This document shows positions 19,879 through 28,238 of a stretch of DNA of 64,000 nt, in pieces; positions within the stretch are counted from its first letter, which is position 1, and every line of letters begins with the position of its first letter. The notes below the pieces were generated by a model. That model saw nothing but the letters and a program-made list of their open reading frames with translations. It made no database searches and was not told the DNA's origin. Both the position numbers and the translations under genes were made by a program. This DNA is from Acidimicrobiales bacterium (GTDB lineage Bacteria; Actinomycetota; Acidimicrobiia; Acidimicrobiales; JAHWKP01), in NCBI GenBank assembly GCA_035526705.1, contig DATLBX010000057.1, positions 99 through 64,098 of the forward strand. Direction: 5' to 3'.

Positions 19879-20732
19879 GAGGTTTTCGCCATCCGCATCA
19901 TCCAGCGCATGCCCGCGAGGTCGAGCGCGAGGCCGGTACCCAACATCGCCCATCCCAGTGGGGTGGTGAACAGCAACCGCGCCAGTTCCGGATCGGTCGC
20001 CGCCGAGAAAGCGGCAAACGCGATCGGGGCCAGGCCGATCACCTGTGCCGACACCCGAGGTTGCGCGGACAGCGCCTTGGCCTCACCCGCAACCGCGAGC
20101 CGTTGGCGCACCGTCGAGGCGACTCCTTCGACGGCGCGCGCATTGGCTCCCCCCGTCTCGGCTCCGAGCGACAGAGCCGCTGCCGCGAGTCGGATCGAGC
20201 CGCTCGGCTGGCGATCCGCCCACGCGTTCAGTGCGGTTGCCACGCCCGCGCCACGTTCCGCCTCCGACACAACGCGTCGTAACTCGCTCTGCAGTGGCCC
20301 TTCCTCCGCCGCGGCCTCGCCGAGGGCCTGGAGCAGGGATGCGCCAGAGCGAAGGGCGCGCGCGATCGCGTCGAGAACCTGCGGCACAGCCTCCTCGCGC
20401 TTGGCCGCCGCCCGGCGGGCCAAGTGGCCCGGAAGGAGTAAGGGTGCCGCGGCCCAGGTGGCGATAGTCAGAGCCGCGCAACCGATGCCACCGATCCACA
20501 TCCCGACAAAAGCAGCAAGAGGGAGGCCCCCGAGCCACAGCACCCACAGCCGACCGGCGTCGTGGCCCTGTTCGGATCGATCGACCCGCTGGGCGAACCA
20601 AATCGGCACGGCGGTCCCATCCATATCGCGGCGCGCCAAGTGCTCATGACGACGGTGGCGCGTGGCGAAGGCGCTCATGAGAACCAGCGCAGTGAGCATC
20701 ACCAATGCGCCAGCCAGCCCCCCCGCAATCAT
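19875..20732 (-). CDS. tadB: TadB-like type II secretion system F-family membrane protein
   Basis: 285-aa polytopic protein placed between tadA and tadC. ATGA overlap with the tadA stop. Confidence 0.8.
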   Translation of the reverse strand: MIAGGLAGALVMLTALVLMSAFATRHRRHEHLARRDMDGTAVPIWFAQRVDRSEQGHDAGRLWVLWLGGLPLAAFVGMWIGGIGCAALTIATWAAAPLLLPGHLARRAAAKREEAVPQVLDAIARALRSGASLLQALGEAAAEEGPLQSELRRVVSEAERGAGVATALNAWADRQPSGSIRLAAAALSLGAETGGANARAVEGVASTVRQRLAVAGEAKALSAQPRVSAQVIGLAPIAFAAFSAATDPELARLLFTTPLGWAMLGTGLALDLAGMRWMMRMAKTS

Positions 20733-21943
20733 GCGGCCGCCCCGGCTACCTCAACAGGCGGCGGGGCGAACGGCGAACGGGTCGGGCGGGTCAAGGTTCG
20801 CCATACCCCATCGGTTCCCGCTATGGATCGCGTGGCGTTTCCGCCGTCCCTCGTCCCAGGTAGGGGGACTTCTGCGACCTCACAAATGGTCCGTTCCCCG
20901 CCGGGCCCCCGGCGCAGCTGGACGATGAGGTCGACCGCAGCTCTCACCTGCTCGCGCACCGCGGCCAGTGGAAGGTCGACGTCCGCCATGAGCACCAGGG
21001 TCTCGAGGCGACGCAACGCGTCGGTCGGGCCGTTCGCGTGAACGGTCGAGAGTGAGCCGTCGTGCCCCGTGTTCATCGCCTGCAACATGTCCAGGGCTTC
21101 AGGACCCCTGACCTCACCAATGACGATGCGATCGGGTCGCATCCGCAAGGCGCTGCGCACCAGCTCGCGGATCTTGACCTCGCCCGACCCTTCGGAGTTG
21201 GCTGGACGGGACTCGAGACGAACGACGTGCGGTTGGGCGAGCCGCAGTTCGGCGGCGTCCTCGACGGTAACGACACGCTCGTGGAGCGCGATCCGTCCGG
21301 CCAGGGCGTTGAGCAGCGTCGTCTTTCCCGACCCGGTGCCGCCGGCGACAACGACATTCATCCGCGCCTCTATCGCCCAGCAGAGCAACGCCTCTACGTC
21401 CGCCGAGCAGAAGCGATGCAGCGGCACGGGCCGCGCCGAAAACCGCCGGATGGTGAGGTAAGGGCCGTCGACCGCGAGGGGCGGCATGACAACGTGGACG
21501 CGAGAGCCATCGGGCAGGCGAGCGTCGACGAGCGGCGAAGAACGGTCGGCCCGGAGCCCTAAGGGAGCGACTACTCGCTCGACCAGATGGCGGATCGTGT
21601 CGCCGTCCAGGTGGAGGTCGAGGGCTCGGATCCGGCCGCCTTGTTCCACCCATACGGGGCCGGGCCCGTTGACCAATATGTCGGTGACATCGGGCATGGA
21701 CAGAACCGGCTCCAACGGACCCAACCCGTGCACGTCGGCCAGCACCTCGCGCTGGAGAGCGGCAGCCCGCGCCGTCGAAAGCAGGGGGAACTCATCGCGA
21801 ATGACGTCCGCCACGCGTTCAGGCGTCACGGCCTCGGCCGGCCCTACCTCGGCGATCAACCTCCCGTGGACTTTCGACCTCGGATCCACCGGTACTGGCA
21901 GTCCGAGGCTCACGCGGCGACGCGCAATGCGCGCTCGATGCAA
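20729..21943 (-). CDS. tadA: CpaF/TadA secretion ATPase
   Basis: Walker A GGTGSGKTTLLNAL, Walker B VTVEDAAEL, His box GHDGSLSTVHAN. An alternative GTG start at 21913 would overlap the tadZ stop as GTGA. Confidence 0.92.
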   Translation of the reverse strand: MHRARIARRRVSLGLPVPVDPRSKVHGRLIAEVGPAEAVTPERVADVIRDEFPLLSTARAAALQREVLADVHGLGPLEPVLSMPDVTDILVNGPGPVWVEQGGRIRALDLHLDGDTIRHLVERVVAPLGLRADRSSPLVDARLPDGSRVHVVMPPLAVDGPYLTIRRFSARPVPLHRFCSADVEALLCWAIEARMNVVVAGGTGSGKTTLLNALAGRIALHERVVTVEDAAELRLAQPHVVRLESRPANSEGSGEVKIRELVRSALRMRPDRIVIGEVRGPEALDMLQAMNTGHDGSLSTVHANGPTDALRRLETLVLMADVDLPLAAVREQVRAAVDLIVQLRRGPGGERTICEVAEVPLPGTRDGGNATRSIAGTDGVWRTLTRPTRSPFAPPPVEVAGAAA

Positions 21944-22596
21944 CGCGGCACGCGCGTCGACAGCAGACCGGCGTCGACCACCCGGGCGACGGCTGGGTCG
22001 TAGGGAACCTCCGCACGCACGGGTACACCGAGGACGTCGCGGACTTCGCTGGCCCCGAGAGAGCGCCCGGGCTCGCAGATGAGCACCACTCCCGACGGGC
22101 GCATCTCACTTTGAGCCGCGCGCCTGAGCGCCAGGTAGCAGGGGCGCATGACCAGCAATGACAGACCGGCCGCAGCCGCTATGGCGTTGCCACACGCGTT
22201 CCCTGGAGGGCCGCAATCCACGACGACCGACGAGGACGCGTAGTGCTGGGTGAGCGCCAGCGCGACGCGCTCGCCGTCGGCCGAGGTGAGAGCGCGCAGG
22301 CTTTCCGCAGGTGAGCCGGCCGCCGAATGTCCGCCGGCATGGAGCAGCGAGAGGCTTGGCGTCACCCGGGTTTCAAGGCGGTCGAAAGCGTCGGTGGGTA
22401 CGTCTTCCCCGGCCCCGGCAAAGTCCACGAGGCCCGGACCGAGTGGTTCGGGAACGCCACTGGCGGCCGGCACATCCCCGCCGAGGTCCGCCAGAACCAC
22501 CCGTGAATCCGTAGAACGAGCGAGAAGGAGGGCCAGGGCGGTGGCCACGACGGTGGTTCCGCTTCCTCCTTTGACTGACCAGCACGCGATTAGCAA
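21910..22596 (-). CDS. tadZ: ParA/MinD-like ATPase of the Tad locus (TadZ/CpaE, Ssd-like)
   Basis: Deviant Walker A SVKGGSGTT. TTG at 22596 lies 7 nt after a perfect AAGGAGG; the ORF-track extension to 22767 runs into repeat A3. Confidence 0.8.
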   Translation of the reverse strand: MLIACWSVKGGSGTTVVATALALLLARSTDSRVVLADLGGDVPAASGVPEPLGPGLVDFAGAGEDVPTDAFDRLETRVTPSLSLLHAGGHSAAGSPAESLRALTSADGERVALALTQHYASSSVVVDCGPPGNACGNAIAAAAGLSLLVMRPCYLALRRAAQSEMRPSGVVLICEPGRSLGASEVRDVLGVPVRAEVPYDPAVARVVDAGLLSTRVPRCIERALRVAA

Positions 22597-22734
22597 GTTG
22601 CCGCCTCCTTGAGTCCGCGAGCCGAGGCTCGAGCGGTGTGCACCGGGGAAGCGGCGAGCCGACGGTACCGCCCCCGGACGGCGCTCCACAAGAGGTCCCG
22701 CAGGAACACGTTGCGGGAGCCCGGACGCCATCGC

Positions 22735-22790
22735 GGGCGTGGGTGGGGCCCCCACGCTCCGCAGCATCCGGGTTGGGGCGCCCAGCCGCC
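22735..22790 (+). repeat. Family A repeat, copy A3
   Basis: GGGCGTGGGTGGGGCCCCCACGCTCCGCAGCATCCGGGTTGGGGCGCCCAGCCGCC, located in the tadZ/HAD divergent spacer. Confidence 0.8.
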
Positions 22791-22805
22791 AGAAACAGTT
22801 GTGTC

Positions 22806-22832
22806 GGAAACCACCCGCGCGGGTGGGTTTCC
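22806..22832. other. Strong 11-bp GC-rich hairpin (one bulge, GCGC loop)
   Basis: GGAAACCACCC-GCGC-GGGTGGGTTTCC. Function unknown. Confidence 0.5.
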
Positions 22833-23035
22833 CCTTGCATCCTCTAAGGGCAAGACCCCCTTGTGCTCGCTCTCATGCTCACTCTCCCCGCCACCCTGAT
22901 CGGGTTGGTCGCTCTCCTGGCGATCACTTCGGGACTGGAGCGGCAGCTGACCCGATCGGTGCGTCCCGCCCCGGTTCGCACGGGCGTGAAGCGACTCCCC
23001 GCCCCGGTGTCCACGCAGAGCTAGACCGGAGGGCG

Positions 23036-24019
23036 ATGTCGCCCACCGAAGATCAACCGGCCAAGGACATCGTGGGCGTGGGCCGGGCCCCACGCTCCGC
23101 AGCGGCTGGGTTGGGGCGCCCGGCCGCCGAAGGCGTAGGCGCCTTTTTTGACCTGGATAAGACGGTCATTGCCAAGGCTTCCATGGCGGCCTTCGGGCGC
23201 ACTCTCTATCGCGACGGGTTGCTGAGCCGCAGGATCCTGCTGCGCGCCGCGTGGTCCCAGCTCGTCTTTCTGCACCTCGGCGCCAGCGAGGAGAAGTTGG
23301 CGACGCTGCGGGAGAAGGTGCTGCGTCTGACCAAGGGATGGGACCGCGAGCGGGTCTCCGCACTCGTTCGTGAGGCGATGGACGAAGTCGTCGAGCCGAT
23401 CATCTATGCCGAAGCACTGGAGCTCATCGACCAACACCGGGCCAAGGGACATCGCGTCGTGATCGTTTCCGCTTCACCGATGGAGATCGTCGGGCCCATG
23501 GCCGACTACCTGCATATCGAGGACGCGATCGCCAGCGTGGCGCGAGTCGACGAGGACGGGCTCTACACGGGCGAAATGGAGCGCTACTCCTACGGGCCTT
23601 ACAAGGTCGAGGCGATGAAGGAGGTCGCGGAGCAATACGGATTGGATCTCAGCGCCTCCTTCGCGTACTCGGACTCCGCCACCGACGTGCCGATGCTCGA
23701 GGCCGTCGGGCACCCCGTGGCAGTGAATCCGGACCGGGTGCTAGCCCGCTTCGCGAAGGACCGCGGGTGGGAAGTACGTCACTTTGTCCGTCCGGTGCGC
23801 CTTCGGGACCGCGTGCCCGTTCCTGCTCCTGTGCCAACCGCGGCGATCGGACTGGCCGTCGCGGCAGCGGGAACGGCCATTGCCGTCATGCGCAATCGGG
23901 CGCGCAATCAGCCAGCGGCGCCGACACCGAGTCAGGTAGGCCGCGCCCTCGCAGTCGCGGCGGCGCTCAGACCAGTTCTGACACGATCACGGCAATCGCC
24001 CCAAGCACGGAGACGCTGA
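23036..24019 (+). CDS. HAD-IB family hydrolase (SerB-like) with C-terminal hydrophobic tail
   Basis: HAD motif I FFDLDKTV, motif II VIVSASP, motif IV AYSDSATDVPML. The start is uncertain: ATG 23036, GTG 23072 or TTG 23111. Repeat A4 lies within or across this 5' end. Confidence 0.8.
   Translation: MSPTEDQPAKDIVGVGRAPRSAAAGLGRPAAEGVGAFFDLDKTVIAKASMAAFGRTLYRDGLLSRRILLRAAWSQLVFLHLGASEEKLATLREKVLRLTKGWDRERVSALVREAMDEVVEPIIYAEALELIDQHRAKGHRVVIVSASPMEIVGPMADYLHIEDAIASVARVDEDGLYTGEMERYSYGPYKVEAMKEVAEQYGLDLSASFAYSDSATDVPMLEAVGHPVAVNPDRVLARFAKDRGWEVRHFVRPVRLRDRVPVPAPVPTAAIGLAVAAAGTAIAVMRNRARNQPAAPTPSQVGRALAVAAALRPVLTRSRQSPQARRR
23074..23128 (+). repeat. Family A repeat, copy A4
   Basis: GGGCGTGGGCCGGGCCCCACGCTCCGCAGCGGCTGGGTTGGGGCGCCCGGCCGCC. 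Confidence 0.8.
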
Positions 24020-24683
24020 GCACGGCTGCCTTGGTGCGACCCGCGTCGAGGTGAGCCGCCAGGCGCCGCGACGCAAGAAACCCAAGGATCACCGGCGGTT
24101 GCAACAGCAACGCGAGGCCCAGCTCTTGAGTGCCCAGGCGACCAACCAGGGCGAGAGCCATCGCGGAGATGAGGCCGCCGATGACGAAGATCACGGAGAG
24201 CGTGCCCCGGATTACCGCGCCGCGCTGTCCCGCGTAGACAACGGCCAGCGGAGGCCCACCGATCGATGAAACGGTGCCAGAGAACCCCGACACCAGGCCC
24301 GCTCCCAGAAGGGTGAGCGGCTTCGGCGACAGTGCCAGGCGCGACACCGACAACGCGGCCGCCAGTAAGACCGCCAACCCGACGGCGATGGAGACCCCTC
24401 GCGCCGATATCGACGCGACAACCAGCGCGCCGAGCAACGTGCCCGGGAGCCGCCCAGCCATGACCCATCGCAGGCCCGTCCAGTCCACATGAGCGCGGTT
24501 GCGTCGCGCGATCAGGACGGTAAGCAGGACCGCTGCAACGAGAAGAGGACCCGGAACCAGCTTTGGCTCGATCAGAGCGACCAGTGGCGCGGCGAGCAGG
24601 TTCATGCCGAAGCCAAGGCCGCCCTGTAGGCCCGCGGCGGCAGCCATCACCACGAAAACCGCGGCGTACTCGACCGGACTCAC
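23967..24683 (-). CDS. TauE/SafE (DUF81) family anion exporter
   Basis: 238 aa with ~7 TM segments. N-terminus GLQGGLGFGMNLLAAPLV is typical of the family. GTG start. Confidence 0.8.
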   Translation of the reverse strand: MSPVEYAAVFVVMAAAAGLQGGLGFGMNLLAAPLVALIEPKLVPGPLLVAAVLLTVLIARRNRAHVDWTGLRWVMAGRLPGTLLGALVVASISARGVSIAVGLAVLLAAALSVSRLALSPKPLTLLGAGLVSGFSGTVSSIGGPPLAVVYAGQRGAVIRGTLSVIFVIGGLISAMALALVGRLGTQELGLALLLQPPVILGFLASRRLAAHLDAGRTKAAVLSVSVLGAIAVIVSELV

Positions 24684-24685
24684 GG

Positions 24686-24713
24686 TTCAGATCCTGCCGG
24701 TTGGCTATATGGT
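24686..24713 (+). promoter_or_regulatory. Candidate sigma-70-type promoter for selC
   Basis: TTCAGA (24686-24691), 16-nt spacer, TATGGT (24708-24713), then 7 nt to the first tRNA base at 24721. Confidence 0.35.
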
Positions 24714-24720
24714 CGCCGGC

Positions 24721-24813
24721 GGAGGTGTCAGTTGACCTGGTGGCAACCCCCGCCTTCAAAGCGGGTGGGACGGGCGACCCCTGTCCGGCGGGTTCGATTC
24801 CCGTCCACCTCCG
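24721..24813 (+). tRNA. selC: tRNA-Sec (anticodon UCA)
   Basis: Hand fold: acceptor GGAGGTG/CACCTCC (7 bp plus one mismatched 8th pair); 6-position D stem GTTGAC/GGCAAC with one mismatch; anticodon stem CCCGC/GCGGG with loop CTTCAAA; 7-bp long variable arm GGAC-GGG/CCC-GTCC; T arm GCGGG-TTCGATT-CCCGT. 93 nt, CCA not encoded. Confidence 0.85.
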
Positions 24814-24815
24814 CG

Positions 24816-27800
24816 CTATGAGGCCTCGCGGGTGAGGGTGCCGGCGGGACTGGTGATCTCGCTGGCGAAGCCATCGGAGCCGAGAACGAACTCGAGGGAC
24901 ATCCCGGGCTGCATCGGCACCGAGAACTTCAGACCACCCTCGGACTTTAGGGGGATCTCCATCCCCGACTGCAGGAGGATCACCCCGCCACCGGCCGTGC
25001 CCTTGACTTCGATGGTGACTCCACTAACGGAGTACTTGCCCACCACCTGGCGCAGAACCTCTGGCGACACCGGCTCGGCCTCGGTCGCGTCGTCCGCCGC
25101 GGGTTCGTCCGAACGCTTGGATATCCGGCCGCCGAAGTGGAGGTATTGAGTTCGGCCCTTCTCGTCGGGGTCCAGGAAGGTGGCTTCCAGGTCGCCGATG
25201 CCAGCGACGTGGGTGTAGAAGACGTCTTCCTCGGCAGGGAGCAGCTCGAGTCCCTGCATGCCGCTCCCGGTCAGCCGCAACGTGCCGTCGACAATGTGGA
25301 TCGTGTTGCGACCCGCGATGTTCGCGTAGTCGCCGATGTAACGCTCGAGGTCGAGCGCCAGACCGTCGACCGGTTTGCGGGCGCCGGTCGTGACCGTTCC
25401 CGCCCAGCCGTCGATGAGGCGGTTCATGAGCGGAATGATCAGCTCGTTCACGTGATCGCGGTTCGTGAGCAGCGCCACGGAGATCTGCTTGTCGGGGATG
25501 ACGCGCAGGAATGCGGTCTGACCGCCCGTGTTGCCGTCGTGACCGATCACCTTCGGGCCGTGGTCGAGAGACATGAACCATCCGAGTCCCCAGTGGCTCG
25601 CTGGGATCCTGGTCGGACACTCGACCAACGGTTCCTGCATAGCGCGAACCGATTCCTCGGTGAGGATGCGCGTGCCATTCGGAGCGACGCCCCCGGCGAG
25701 GTGGATCTGGCCGAAAGCCGCCAGGTCCTTGGCCGTCGACATCACGCCTCCGGCCGGCACCATGGCTCGCCCGAGGCCACCGGGTCCGGTGACGCGCACT
25801 TCCCCGTCGGGACCCGGGGCTGTGCCGAAGGCCAGCTCGCGGCCGGGGAACTCCGCGGTGAACGAAGTTGTGTCAGTCAGGCCGGCCGGCGTGAACAGAT
25901 GGTCCTGCAGCGCCGCTCTGAAGCTCTTGCCGCGCAACACTTCGACGAGCCGGCCGAGGATGACGAGGCCTGCGTTGCTGTAGGCCCAGTACCCACCCGG
26001 CCGTTGCAGCGAACTGAGGTCACCGAGATCGGCGACGTAACGCTCGATGGCGTCGTCTTCGGTGCCGTACAGCGGCCCGCCCATTTTGTCGCCGTCCAGA
26101 CCCGACGTGTGGGTCAACAGGTGCCGGGCGGTAATGGAGTTGCGCGCATCCTCGTCAGCCAGCCGGAGCTCGGGCAGATACTCGACGATCGGCTTTTCGA
26201 TATCAACGAGCCCCTCGTCGACCAACTGCATGACGAGCGTCGCCGTGTAGACCTTGCCAACCGAGCCCGATTCGAAGATCGTGTCGTTCGTGACCTGAAG
26301 TCCGGTGTCGGGGTTGGCCATACCGGCGGCCGCCGTCGCTACGACTTCGCCGTTGTGGATGACCGCCAGCGCGGCGCCGGGAATGCCGTTCTCCGCGAGG
26401 AGCTGCTCGAGCACCTCGTGCGCCCGCTCGGATGTCGGCGCGTCATGGCTTGTCTGGTCCTGACTTCCGGCCGATGTTGCAGGCGGCGCGCTGCGCACGG
26501 GCACCGGGATGACCGGCAGGATCACACTCGAAGGGTGTGCGGCGTCGTGCCAGATGCTGTTCTCGGCGATCTCCATCCGCGTCGAGGACGCGATGGGCTC
26601 CCCGGTGTTGAGGTTGCGGTCACACTTCGGGAACGCGGCCGAGCTGACCTGCAGGCGCAGCTGGTGCCCGGCCTTGAAGACCTGGCAGGTGTTCCACATG
26701 TCGATGTCCAGCTCGTAGACCTGACCCGCTTCCATGAAGACCTCGCGGTCGACGCCCTCGCGGTAACGAGCGCGGACGATCCCGTCGCATAGGCGCTGGC
26801 AGAAGCCGTCGGGATGAACGTCGACGAGCAGCGCTGCGAAGTCGGTGTCGACGGCCGACGAGGAGACGAACAGCCGGGCCCGCACAGGCCCGGTGACCTC
26901 GAGGTCCTCGGTCAGCGGAGGTGTGGTGAAGGTGAGAACGTCCGCCCGCTTTCCGACTTCGGCGTAGTCGTCGGGCCCGCCGATCTGCAGGGTTCCGTAG
27001 TCGAAAATGAAGGGGGTGGGATCGGACGGGTCGTATCGGTATGAGTCCGCCGGCTCGTCACGGCTGGGCGCGGTGGTATCGAGCACCCCATCCGAGCGCA
27101 GGAAGTAGTCGGTGTACTGGGCGCGCGCGAGTGGCCACTCCTTCTCGTCGCGCCACCGGTTTGCGCCCATCACGAAGATCCGGACCGGCGCGGTGTCGAG
27201 TTGCTGCTCGCGGCCGAGGGACCAGTCGAGGAAGTCGATCATGCGGCGCTGCAGATCGATCAGCGCGTCCGGCCCGAACTCGACGTCACCGATCTTGGAC
27301 GTCGTGTTGACCGCGTGGCCCCACGGCCCCATCAGCAGGCGCTGGCGCTTGCGGGTCTCCTCGGAAGGCGCCCCCGTCGAAACGCGCGAGTAGTTGAGCG
27401 GAGTCCCGATCTGCTCGTCGTCGTACCAACCGGAGATGTGCATCACGGGTATGTCGATCTCGTGGATGCGGTGCTGGTAGCGCAGCGGCTCCCAATACTC
27501 ATCGAGCCGCGGGTGCATCATCGTGTCGCGCCAGAGCTTGCTCGAGAGGCCGGCGGCTTCGTCCATGGTCTCGAGCGGAAGGTGCTTGAAGACGGTCGTC
27601 CAGTCGACCTCACGGAGCCCCGCGGGCATCTCCCGGTTGCCGGTGACCGAGTACCAGAGAAGCATCGAGAGCGTGATGCCGCAGGTCGGGAATTCGACGA
27701 ATGGGTCCGAAGGCGCCGTCGAGATGACCATGGCCTTCAGGCTCGGCGGCTTCGTCAGCGCGGTAAGCCACGACGCCTGCGCGCTGTAAGAGGCGCCCTG

Positions 27801-28160
27801 GGTCGCGATGTTGCCGTCGGACCAGGACTGGCGGGCGACCCACTCGAAGGTGTCGTAGCCGTCGTTCGGCTCCTGTCGCCACGGGGCGAACTCGCCCTCT
27901 GACTTGCCGCGACCACGCACGTCCTGGATGGCGAGCACGTAGCCGCGGCGGTTGTAGGCATCGGCCATGCGGCCCAGACCCGGGTTGTCCTTGATGTAAC
28001 ACGTGCGCGCCACGAGCGCGGGCCACGGCCCGTGGCCCTCAGGGAAGTAGAAGTCGGTGGCCAGTCGCACGCCGTCGCGCGCGGGCATCATCACGTCGAG
28101 CTGTTTCCGATCGGCCCCAACCTCGACTACGGGCTCCGAAACGGTCAGGGTTTCGCTCAT
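24816..28160 (-). CDS. Fusion hydrolase: CocE/NonD (S15 X-Pro dipeptidyl-peptidase-like) domain, serine hydrolase/beta-lactamase (S12) domain and C-terminal beta-rich modules
   Basis: The N-terminal half has S15-type GASYSA and ISGWYDD. After the linker PATSAGSQDQTSHDAPTSE comes an S12 domain with SVGK (SxxK), YSN and HDGNTGG. ATG at 28160 (MSETLTV). Confidence 0.85.
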   Translation of the reverse strand: MSETLTVSEPVVEVGADRKQLDVMMPARDGVRLATDFYFPEGHGPWPALVARTCYIKDNPGLGRMADAYNRRGYVLAIQDVRGRGKSEGEFAPWRQEPNDGYDTFEWVARQSWSDGNIATQGASYSAQASWLTALTKPPSLKAMVISTAPSDPFVEFPTCGITLSMLLWYSVTGNREMPAGLREVDWTTVFKHLPLETMDEAAGLSSKLWRDTMMHPRLDEYWEPLRYQHRIHEIDIPVMHISGWYDDEQIGTPLNYSRVSTGAPSEETRKRQRLLMGPWGHAVNTTSKIGDVEFGPDALIDLQRRMIDFLDWSLGREQQLDTAPVRIFVMGANRWRDEKEWPLARAQYTDYFLRSDGVLDTTAPSRDEPADSYRYDPSDPTPFIFDYGTLQIGGPDDYAEVGKRADVLTFTTPPLTEDLEVTGPVRARLFVSSSAVDTDFAALLVDVHPDGFCQRLCDGIVRARYREGVDREVFMEAGQVYELDIDMWNTCQVFKAGHQLRLQVSSAAFPKCDRNLNTGEPIASSTRMEIAENSIWHDAAHPSSVILPVIPVPVRSAPPATSAGSQDQTSHDAPTSERAHEVLEQLLAENGIPGAALAVIHNGEVVATAAAGMANPDTGLQVTNDTIFESGSVGKVYTATLVMQLVDEGLVDIEKPIVEYLPELRLADEDARNSITARHLLTHTSGLDGDKMGGPLYGTEDDAIERYVADLGDLSSLQRPGGYWAYSNAGLVILGRLVEVLRGKSFRAALQDHLFTPAGLTDTTSFTAEFPGRELAFGTAPGPDGEVRVTGPGGLGRAMVPAGGVMSTAKDLAAFGQIHLAGGVAPNGTRILTEESVRAMQEPLVECPTRIPASHWGLGWFMSLDHGPKVIGHDGNTGGQTAFLRVIPDKQISVALLTNRDHVNELIIPLMNRLIDGWAGTVTTGARKPVDGLALDLERYIGDYANIAGRNTIHIVDGTLRLTGSGMQGLELLPAEEDVFYTHVAGIGDLEATFLDPDEKGRTQYLHFGGRISKRSDEPAADDATEAEPVSPEVLRQVVGKYSVSGVTIEVKGTAGGGVILLQSGMEIPLKSEGGLKFSVPMQPGMSLEFVLGSDGFASEITSPAGTLTREAS

Positions 28161-28238
28161 CTCAGCCAAATTAGGGCGACGCAATCCTCCCTGACTTGGC
28201 CGTCCGCCCAATTTCGAGCCGCCGCTTCGCAGCCGCGC

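Noticed and set aside
22950-23020. Plus-strand pair of C-rich segments (GTGCG-TCCCGCCCCGGTT-CGCAC and GCGTG...CTCCCCGCCCCGG...CACGC) as a canonical 6C sRNA.
   Set aside because: The stems are only 5 bp with poor inner pairing. The C runs are interrupted by G. The orientation is opposite to the one I recall for 6C relative to ssd. The segment also sits inside a possible small ORF and next to the HAD ribosome-binding site. I kept it only as a note within the spacer finding.
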